A stretch of DNA of 64,000 nucleotides. Source: Lama guanicoe (lineage: Eukaryota). A program made the translations under genes and the position numbers. Position 1 is the stretch's first letter. Every line of letters begins with the position of its first letter. Positions 26,105 through 36,765 of the stretch are shown here, one piece after another. Below the pieces are notes generated by a model, which saw only the letters and a program-made list of their open reading frames with translations, did not search any database and was not told the origin of the DNA. The DNA is taken from contig MU053758.1 in assembly GCA_013239625.1 (NCBI GenBank), positions 1,426,001 to 1,490,000 on the forward strand. Direction: 5' to 3'.

Positions 26105-27020
26105 AAAGGGAACCCTCCTACACTGCCAGTGGTAATGTAGTTTGATGGAGCCATTATGGAAAACAGTATGGAGATTCCTCAAAAAACTAAAAATAGACTT
26201 ACCATATGATCCAGCCATCCTACTCCTGGGTATATATCCGGAGGGAACTCTAATTAGAAAAGATATACACATTCCAATGTTCATAGCAGCACTGTATACA
26301 ACAGCCAAGACATGGAAGCAACTTAAGTGTCCATCAACAGATGACTGGATAAGAAGTTGTGGAATATTTATATAATGGAATACTACTCAGCCATAAAAAA
26401 GAATAAAATAATGCCATTTATAGCAACACGGATGGACCTAGAGATCATCATTCTAAGTAAAGTAAGACAGAAAGAGAAAGAAAAATACCATATGATATCA
26501 CTCATATGTGGAATCTAAAAAAAAAAGAAAAAAAGGACACTATGAACTCATCTACAAAACAGAAATAGACTTACAGACATAGTAAACAATCTTGTGGTTA
26601 CTGGGGGAAAGGGAGTGGGAAGGGATAAATTTGGGAGCTTGAGATTTGCAAATGTTAGCTACTATATATAAAAACATAAAAAAAGTTTCTTCTTCTGCCT
26701 AATGCAAAGCAAGATATGTGGGAAGGAAATGTACAATTCTTTGATAAAATTGTTTCCCACTGACCTAAACTCGGAGTGTTTCATGGAAAAAGTAAATAAA
26801 TAAACGTTCTACACCAAGAAAAAAAAAAGTTTCTTCTGTATAGCACAGGGAGCCATATTTAGTATCTTGTAATAACCTTTTATAAAAAAGAATGTGAAAA
26901 ATGAATGTATGTGTATATGCATGACTGGGACACTGTGCTGTACACCAGACACTGACACACTGTAACTGACTGTACATCAATTCAAGAAAAAAATACATCT
27001 TGGAACCAAAAAATAAAAAC
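26105..27020 (+). mobile_element. Younger L1 3' end inserted into the L1MC ORF2
   Basis: ORF 26142-26375 ([30 protein letters not shown]). Perfect 17-bp TSD AAAAATAAAGGGATGGA at 26088-26104 and 27021-27037. Confidence 0.92.
26694..26821 (+). pseudogene. Retrocopied 3' end of an unidentified polyadenylated transcript
   Basis: Non-L1 sequence interrupting an L1 3' UTR. AATAAA at 26795-26800 and 26799-26804, then an A tail. Perfect 16-bp TSD AAAAAAAGTTTCTTCT at 26678-26693 and 26822-26837. Confidence 0.75.
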
Positions 27021-28716
27021 AAAAATAAAGGGATGGAGAAAGATATACCACACTAACATTAATCAAAAGAAAGTGGGAGTAACTATACTGATTTCAATCA
27101 GAGAAGACTTCAGAACAAGTAATGTTGTCAAGGATAAAAAGGGGCATTATATAACGATAAAGGGGTCAATACTCCAAGAAGACATGACAATCCTTAATGT
27201 GTATGCCTCTAACAACAGAATGTCAAAAAACATGAGATAGAAACTGATAGAATAGCAAACAGAGATATATGAATCTACTACTATAGCTTGAGATTTTAAC
27301 ACCCTTCTATCAGAAACAGGCAAATCCAGCAGCAGTAAATCAAGACAATACAACTGAACCAAACAGCACCATCAATCAACTGGATATAATTGACATCTAT
27401 AGACTATTTCATCAAACAACTGATTATACACTCTCCTCAACCTCTCATGGAACATTCACCAAGACAGACCACATTCTGGGTCATAAAACACACTTTAACT
27501 AATTTAAAAGAATAAAAAATCATTAACTGTTTGCCTCAGACCACAGTGGAATTAAACTAGAAATCAGTAACATAAAAATAGCTGGGAAAATCTCAAAATA
27601 CTTGAAGAATTAAACAACACACTTCTAGATAAGACACAGGTCAAAGAAGAAATCTCAAGATAAATTAAAAAATATTTTGAACTAAACAAAAATGAAAATA
27701 CATTTTTCAAATTTTGTGGGGTGTCATGAAAACAGTGCTAAGAGGAAAATTTGTAATATTGAAACCATGTTAGAAAAGAAGTACACCCTAAATCAACCAC
27801 CTAAGCTTCCTCCTTAGGAAACTAGGAAGAGAACAGCAGATTAAATCCAAAGAAGTAGAAGAAAAGAAATAATAAAAATCAGAGCAAAAATTAATGAAAT
27901 TGTAAACAGAAAATCAGTAGAGAAAAATCAACAAAACCAAAAGCAGATACTTTGAAAAGATCAACAAAATCAACAAGCGTCTAGCCAGGCTAAAGGAAAA
28001 AGAGAGAAGACACAAATTACTAAAATCAGATTTGAAAGAGGGGATATCACTGCAGATTCCATGGACATCAAAAAAACAACAAAGGAGTATTATGAACAAC
28101 TCCTTGCCCACAAATTCGATAACCTAGATGAAATGGAGTAATTCCTTGAAATACTATCTGTCATAACACACAACAAGAAACAGACAATCTGAATAGATCT
28201 ATATCTATTAAAGAAATTGAGCCAATAATTAATAACCTTCCAAAACAGGAAGCACCAGGGCCAGATGGGTTCCCTCATGAATTCCAACAAAAATTTAAGA
28301 AAGAAATTATACCCATTTTCTATAATCTCTCCCAGAGGATAGAAGCAGAGGGAATACTTCCTAACTCATTCTATGAGACCAGCCGTTACCCTAAAAATCA
28401 GACAGAGATATTAAAAGAAAACTACAGACCAATATCTCTTATGAAATAGATGCAAAAATTCTCAACAATATATTAGCAAATCAAATCCAACAATGTATTT
28501 TTTAAAAATTATATATCATGACCAAGCGGAATTCATCCTAGTATGCAAGGCTGCTTTAATATTCAAAGATCAATTAATGTCCTCCATCACATCAATAAGC
28601 TAAAGAAGAAAAAAATTACACAGTCATATGAACAGATGCAGAAAAACATTTGACAAAATCCAAAATATCCCTTCATGACAAAAAACTCTCAGCCTGCTAG
28701 GAATAAGGATAAACTT

Positions 28717-28862
28717 TTTTTAAACAAATTTTTGTGGTATAGTTCCTGTACAGTAAACTACACATATTTCAGATATACAATTTGATTATTTTTGATAGAT
28801 GTATACACCAATGAAACCACTACCATAATCAAGATAGCTAACATTTCCATCACTCCCCAAGT
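28717..28862 (-). mobile_element. Short L1 3' UTR fragment inserted antisense into the L1MC element
   Basis: tgtatacaccaatgaaaccactaccataatcaagatagctaacatttccatcact motif. TSD GATAAACTT at 28708-28716 and 28863-28871. Confidence 0.75.
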
Positions 28863-31800
28863 GATAAACTTCTTCAACTTGATAAAGAACATCTATAAAA
28901 ACCCTACAGCTAACATCATATTTAATGATGAGACTCCAAGCTGTCCAGCTAAGATGAGGAACAAGTAGAGATGTCCCCTCTCACCTCTGCTTTTCAACAT
29001 CATACTGGAAGTTCAACCAAATGCAGTAAGACAAGGAAAAGAGAAGGAAATAAAAGGTATACATACTGGAAAGGTAGAAATAAAAGTGTTTTTGTTGACA
29101 TGGTCACGTAGAAAATTCAAAAGAATCAACAGAAAACTCCTGCAACTAATAAGCAATTAAAGCAAGGTTGTAGGATACAAGGATAACACACTAAAGTCAA
29201 CTGCTTTCCTATATACTAGCAATGAGTAACTGGTATCTGAAATTTTAAAAAACTTATCATTTACATTATGACCCATTAAAATGAAACACTTAGGTATAAA
29301 TCTAACAAAATATGTACAACATTCATACAAGTTAAACTACAAAACTCTGATGAAAGATACCAAAGAAGAACTAAACAAATGAAAAGATACTCCATTTTCA
29401 TGGATAATGAAGACTCAATATTGTCAATACAGCAGTTCTTCCCAACTAGATCTACTGATTTAATACCAACCCAATCAAAATCCCAGCAAGTTAGTCTGTG
29501 CATATTTTAAAATTGATTCTAAAGTTAAACAGAGAGGCAAACAATCCAACTAAATATTGAAGGAGAAGAACAAAGGCAGAGGACTGACACTACCCAACTT
29601 CAAGACTTACTATAAAGCCAGTAACCAAGATGGTGTGAAAATGGAGAAACAAGTGAAAAATATATCAATGGAACATAACACACAGCCTACAAATAGACCC
29701 ACATAAAAACAGTCAACTGTGACAAAGAAGTAAATGCAATACAATGGAGTTATCTTTTCAACATATGGTGCTGGAAACTGGACATCCACATGCAAAAAAA
29801 AATTAATCTAGACAGACTCTACCCTTTTTATAAAAGTTAACTCAAAATGGATTACAGACCTAAATGTAAAATGTAAAACTATGATTCCTGGAAGATAAAA
29901 TAGGAGAAAACCATTTGATCTTGGGTATGGTGAAGACTTTTTACATACACCACCACCAAAGGCACAATCTATGAAAGAAATAAATGATAACTTGGACATC
30001 CTTAAAAGTAAAAACTTCTGCTCTGAGAAGGACAATGTTAAGAGAATAAGAAGACAAGCCACAAAGTAGGAGGAAATATTTGCAAAAGACTTATCTGATA
30101 AAGGACTAATAGCCAAAATACACAAAAATTCTTAAAAATCAACAATAAGAAAAAGAACAATCCAACTAATATTGTGCAAAAGACCTGAACAGACACCTCA
30201 CCAAAGAAGATATACAGATGGCAAGTAAGTATATGAAAAGATGTTCAACATCAAGTCATTAGGGTCCTGCATGTTAAAATAATAATAGCATACCACTACA
30301 CACCTATTAGAATAGCCAAATCCAAAATACAACAAATGCTGGGGAGCATGTGGAACAGCAGGAACTCTCATTCATTGCTGGTTGGAATGCAGGATGATAC
30401 AGTCACTTGGAGGACAGTTTGGCGGTTTCTTACAAAACTAAACACACTCTTAGCATAGAATCCAGCAATCATGCTCCTTGGTATTTAGCCAAAGGAGTTG
30501 AAAACTTATGTCCTCACAAAAACCTACACAAGGATATTTCAGCACTTCTGTTCATAACTGCCAAAACTTAGAAGTAACCAAGAAGTCCAGTAAGTGAATG
30601 GATAAATAAACTGGTACATACAGAAAAGGGAGCATTAATTCAGAGCTAAAAGAAATGAGCTAAGCAATGAAAACTCATGGAAGAAATGCATAAATGAAAA
30701 GACAACTACTGACTCCAACTAATGACATTCTGCAAAAGACAAAACTATAGTAAAAAGATGAGCGGTTGCCAGGGGGAAGGGAGAGGGATGAATAAACAGG
30801 CAGAGCACAGAAGACTTTTAGGGTAGTGAAAAGATTCTATATGATACTATAATGATACATTTGTTGAAACCCACAGAATGTATAACACCAAGGGTGAACT
30901 CTAATATTAAACTATGAACTTTAGGTGATAATGAGGTGTTAACGTAGGCTGTAACAAATGCACCACTCTGGTCTGGGATGTTGATAGTGGAAGAGGCTGG
31001 GGTGGGGGGGTGGCGTTGAAGACAGGGCTATATGAGAAATCTCTGTACTTTCTACTCAATTTTGCAGTGAACTTAAAACCCTAAAAAAAATAGTCTCTAA
31101 ATTTAAAAAAGTCAACATTTAATTCAGAAAACAGGATGCTCTGATAGTTACCAAAGAACTGGAAAAATATTTGGTTCCTCTTTGTAGCACAGACACTATG
31201 ATTAGCTTATGCATTAATTTACCCATTCTTCAGAAGAGTAATAGTACATATAATAGGCTTAAAATAGTGTCATTTGGGTGCTTGATAAACTCTAAAAGCT
31301 ACCTAAAAAGGGGTTATCATGCTAGAGTCTGAATTTTTTTTAAGTACATACCATTGGAACTCACAGAATAAACTAAAACAATTTGCTTAATATATTTAAT
31401 AGTAATATGGCAAATTATACATTACTTATATCAGTTTCAATTAAGAACCTAGAAGAATCTCATAAGGGTTTTTCCGCTTTTTAATGATACAGCTGTGCTA
31501 AAGTCTTATCTTCATGTTCAAGTGACAAAGACTATCCATAACACACCACAGTTCTCTGGAATCCTTCTTCAGAGGTTGCAAAATCAACACAACTCAATAT
31601 GGCCCACAAAAATGTTCTGTTTGGCCAGAAAAGTTTTTTAAAATTTGAATATATTTATGGACTCTGCTTCAGACTCTGCCCCAGCATTCTTATTTTCCTA
31701 TCTCCAGCCCAATTCATCCAAGTCTGTTATTTGCTTAACTGCGCCAATAATTTTGGTTTTAGGTCCCTAGCTTATATTGTTACATGTGTAACTAAAGTTA

Positions 31801-34800
31801 TACACAGATTTCTTTCATTTAAAATTTCCTTATGAAATGTTATATCATATTTCAACACATTTGTTTCAGAAATGGGTATTTCCTTTCTCTTTCAATCTTC
31901 CTGATTTGAGAGTTAGCACTTAATTAGTCATGTATATATTTTCAGAATAACATAAACAACTTCATTGTAAAGAGACGGTGATTTATTAATGTTTTTGCCA
32001 ATCCATACATAATTGTGTGACAGAATATAGATTACTAATAGTTGGACAAAAGCTTATGATCAAGGAACCATTCCTTTTTTCAAGTGAACGGTTTTGCTCA
32101 AAATTAGTATTTGGCAGTATTTCTAAGCTGTTTGTTTTACTTCATTAAACACACACACACACACACATATGTACACGCTGAAAAATACAACCCTACTTCA
32201 AGAATAAACGCGTTAAAATTTACATGCCCTATATGGAGAAACTAAAATGATGCTGGTGGATCTGAAACTATATATAAGAACTTTGTATGAAATATTATGT
32301 AACTGATGGAAAAACTTTCTTAGACAGCTAATTCTACAAACACACACCTGACAGAGTATACTAAGGAAAAAATTGGTACAAAACTTTCAAGTGATCATTC
32401 TATGTGTGGTTATACCCAAACCATCATCTATTAATGATAAATTAAAAGACTCTTTACCTGTCAGGACCTGAGTTCAGGCACTCAAAAGTTTCGTATTTCT
32501 CTTGCAGAAGCTGATGACAATACTAATCCCTGCACTGTGTAGGGAGGTGCATTCCTTGCACTGGCTTAAGTGCTAGTGATTTCACCAACCCTTGAAGTGC
32601 AGAACAGTAAAAAAACAGTTTTCAGCCGTTTTTCTTAATGACTTCTCTTTTTTTTTAAATATTACAAAATAAGATTTCAAATAGGTTTTTAAATAAATTA
32701 TTTGTTTAAAGGGCACTGCCTTAGTTTAAAGAGACACATGCCAGTAGATGTTTCTGAGTTACTGCACGTATCACAAGATGGACTTTTCTATCAATTAAAA
32801 ACTTACACAAGGAAGCAACAACTTCATGCCTTCAAATAATTTTCTGATTCTACCTTAAAGCACCAAGATTTTGGCTACAGATATGTAAAGCAGTCTTGCA
32901 AAAGGCGATAATAAATATTAATAGGTACTAGATCAGATTAGGTGGGTCAAAAAATTATCTCTCTCCTATTGACTCATTTATTTCCCCTGCCACCAGCATA
33001 CATCCCTGGAAAAAGCTCACAGTCAAGTCCACAACCACTAGTTTCTAAAGAAACATACTCTGCCATAAGATAAAAATTAAGAAATACTACTATATTTAAG
33101 GGCAAATTTAAGCTAAGTATATATCTGAAAGGCTAAATCTATCTGTTTCTGACTCCTTAAAATACCAAATTAATATAACCTCCCATTCTCTTATACTCTA
33201 AAATTAAATGGACTTAAACATGACTCCAGGTATTTCCTACTGCTATAGGAGAAAGGAGTTGAGAAATGTACCTTAGCTAGTTCTGAAGAAAATCTTTTAT
33301 GTATCTAAAAAAGTTTAATGTTTTTTATACATCTCTCTCCAAGTCCTCTCTACATCCTATAAATTTTCATTGAGAATACTAACACTGCTTCCTTAAGATT
33401 CAGATCATTATGAGTTTGGCACCATTCAGTATGCATATTCAAACATTTAAATTCTCTAAATTCTTTTCTGGCATTTTAGCAGAGGAGGATAAAAATCAAA
33501 CCAGATCTGAAACCATGACAGCTGGAGGGTACACATTTATTTTACTAAATCTACCTTTTAAACTGGACAACATTTTAAAACCCTGCACTGAATTGAAATG
33601 TTCTCTACCTACAACAAAGAAAGCTTGGCCTTGAAATGCTTGGCTAAGGTGGTTCCATTTTTCTTCAGTTAAAGAAATTAAATAATCTCTCTTTCATTTA
33701 CCAAACAATTTTTTTTTAAGTTGGCACTCAATCAAAGTCCATTTGAAAGATCTGTTCCTCTAACTTAAAATCGCAGCAGCTGATCTCATTTACAATCAAT
33801 TGAAATAAGTACTTCCCGGCAATAATACGCTCAACTGCTACATAACATTTTTTTGCCTTTCTATGGATAAGATAATTTATGAAGAATCTATGAAATAAAT
33901 ATTTCCAGGCCTTAAAATGTTACTTGTATGCGTATTTTCAGTACAATGTAAAGAAGGGAAATAGCAATACAAAATATAAATTAAAAGGTCAAATTTCTAA
34001 CTTACTTTGTATCAAATGAAAAGACTTTCTAAGAGGAAAAGTCTCAGAGCAGTAGAGACTAACCAATAAGCCATTTTGACAAAGAATGTCAAGAAGTCAA
34101 GAGTAAAATGCAATTCAGATCAGTATTAATATACTTGTGAGTTTATGCCAAACTTGATAACGTTTTAAAGTGTAGCTTTTGTGGGAATAAGAATTCAGGC
34201 CAAAACTAATTACTCAATGTAATCCTTTTTGTAATCACAAGGGCTAAAATATTTCTCATTTTAAAGATGCTAATTGAGTTCCTACATATTCTACACCATA
34301 TGTTTTTTTAATATATTCTTCCCCTGTAACTAACTCCATCATCTAGTTTCTAACCTTCACACTCAATCTCATAAAGCAATTATTTTTCTCCCAATTATAA
34401 GACTTACTATTTCAAGTTTAATCTATTATTCAAAAGGAAAAAAAAAACTTGAAGAAAACTAAGCCCCTTGATAAACCTTTCATGTTCAAAGTACTTAATT
34501 TTTAAAATAAATCTTCAGCTTTGTATGAATGGTATTACTCATTTTACACTTACGAAAATGCGATCTGCCTAGGGTCACAAAATAAGCTAATGTTTCAAGT
34601 AGAATTAAAATTGTTACATTTCATCTCATAGCACAGTCAGATTATATTATGAACACCTAAAAAATTTCCCAACTCTAAAAGTAACATTGATACCTTACTC
34701 TGAAAATGTATGTATTATACACACACACACACACACAAGCACACACAAATACATATTAGACACACACAGAGAGCTCAAATTAAAACAGAAAACAGCTCTT

Positions 34801-34802
34801 AC

Positions 34803-34887
34803 CTTCATCTCCTTCTGGTGCATATGAAGCTGTAATAATGTCAATATCAGCACAATTCATCACAATCTGATTGGTTGCCTGCCTCAC
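34803..34887 (-). CDS. NPEPPS: NPEPPS exon 2 (85 nt, VRQATNQIVMNCADIDIITASYAPEGDE + 1 nt)
   Basis: Acceptor TTTTTTCACCTTAG|GTGAGG and donor GAAG|GTAAGA. Continues exon 1 in frame and matches the recalled NPEPPS sequence. Confidence 0.97.
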
Positions 34888-35170
34888 CTAAGGTGAAAAA
34901 AGAAAACCAACAGTGTTAAAAATAGCTTAGATTCACAGAGAAAAAAAAAAATAGCTTAGATTAATATGTACATCTTTATCTTGGCCTAATGTATGTCATA
35001 GGAAATTTTTCAAAAACCCAGACGTCACTATAACCTACACTAAGTATTTACACATCAATGGTAGAAATAAATGATTAATTTTTAAATATCCAAAGCAGTT
35101 CACATTTTCCAACTTATATTAAAAGCAATAATAAATACTTAAGTATTTCATAGAATTTAAATATCTGACC

Positions 35171-35249
35171 GGGGGAGGGTATAGCTCAGTGGTAGAGCAC
35201 ATGCTTAGCACACATGAGGTCCTGGGTTCAATCCCCAGTACCTTCATTA

Positions 35250-35304
<55 letters not shown>

Positions 35305-35310
35305 AATAAA
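35171..35310 (+). mobile_element. Vic-1-like SINE with (AAAT)n tail
   Basis: GGGGGAGGGTATAGCTCAGTGGTAGAGC...GGTTCAATCCCCAGTACC. Degenerate TSD TAAA(T/G)AT(C/G)TGACC. Confidence 0.93.
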
Positions 35311-35699
35311 TAAAGATGTGACCAATGAGCAAAATAAAACCCATCTTTCCTACTTAAACCTTGACTTAACACCACCTCTTAAATTTTTTTAATTAAAAAC
35401 ATTTTAATTAGAAAACATGTCTTATATGTTGCAACTAATTATGCATTTCAACCTGCACATCATATCCATCGTAAGGCCTTTCTGTAAGGATAGAGGAAGA
35501 AACATGGTATCATAGATTATGTCAAAACTTCATAAAACACACCTGAAATTTTTTCTTTTCCCAAGGAAACATTTTGAATATAACAGACACTAATGACTCA
35601 TCACGAAGATTAAGACTTTGCCTTATTTGATTTAGATCCAAAAAAATAAAATACAAGCATAATGAAAGGCCTGTCCTCTTTTCCTTATTCCCTATCTTA

Positions 35700-36370
35700 A
35701 TAACCACTATCCTAACCTTTTTCATGTATGTTTAGTACTTTTACTACATGTATAATGATCAGCAATGTTTTTAATCTTATACAAATGGTATCAAAGTGTT
35801 TATAACCTTTTGCAATCTGTTTTTTTTCTTCACTTAACATTGTTTCTGAGATGGATAAGATGGGTAAATGATGATACATGCAGATCTAATTCATTAATTT
35901 TACTTCTGCATAGTAGTATCCCATTCTATAAATTAACCACAGTTATTTATCCATTTCCTCCCTTCCTAAAGGAAGTTAGCTTATTCCCACTTTTTTGATG
36001 TAAAACAGTACTATAATAAAGACCTTGGTACGTGATTTCTTTACCAAGAATCGCCAAATTAGCCTCCAGAGTAGTTTCAACTGGCATTGCCATAAGCAAA
36101 GAATAAAGAAATCCCACTTTTAGCAACCTCCAAAAAACTTAAAAATTTTTGACAATCTAGTGGGTATTAAATGGAATTCCACTGTTGTTTTAATTAGAAT
36201 GTTCCTGATTACTTGTAAAATTGGTAACTAAGCCTCTTTTCTTTCTTCCTTTTTTTTTCTCTTTCTTTCTTTTTTTTTTTTTTTTTTTTTGTCCATTAAG
36301 TTTTCCCTCTGCAAAATGCTCATCCATAACCCTTGCCCATTTTCCAACCTGGCTGTATCTTGTTTTTATA
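35700..36370 (-). mobile_element. Ancient L1ME-like remnant in intron 1
   Basis: tttttcttcacttaacattgtttctgagat, gcatagtagtatccc and ttttaattagaatgttcctgattac motifs. Confidence 0.6.
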
Positions 36371-36439
36371 TACTTGCCGTGTTAAACAAAACCTCAAATT
36401 CATTTTCAGATATTGGGTCTAAATCAAAAATAACAAAAA

Positions 36440-36765
36440 TACAGATGTCCTAAATCATAAACAAATGCTTACAGAGGCCAATGAAATAGATGAGAGCAGG
36501 AGGCAAAGTGGAGTCTATGCATAAAGGAAGGCAATACGTAAAGGAAGAAGTAGACATTTCTTGGAACCAACCAATTATTGCTGTGTATTAAAAAAACAGA
36601 CTTTGTGTTGACAGATCTTCCAATAAAAAAAATAAAGCCACAAATTCAGATTTCTTGTTCAATGTCCCAATTTTTAATTGATGGCAACTAATTCAAACTT
36701 TTCAAAAACATGGTGTAGACCAAACAAAACCCTGTGTAGGACAATAGAGCCTTGAGATCACTGAA
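36440..36765. mobile_element. hAT-Charlie (Charlie4-like) remnant
   Basis: ggcaactaattcaaactttt...gaccaaacaaaac. A related terminus appears at ~31570-31640. Confidence 0.5.

Larger units (their letters stand above)
23290..31100 (+). mobile_element. Near-full-length, decayed L1 (L1MC1-like 3' end) with nested insertions
   Basis: 5' UTR-like start; ORF1-like peptides (MLEIKNSATEMKNVFDGLIIRLDTAEKRISE; MTENFLKLMSDTKP...MRITSDFSE); ORF2 EN start near 25960 (ccttaaacatcaatggtctaaatacacc); RT region 28400-29100; 3' UTR gaatgtataacaccaagggtgaactctaat...ctcaattttgcagtgaac. Confidence 0.85.
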
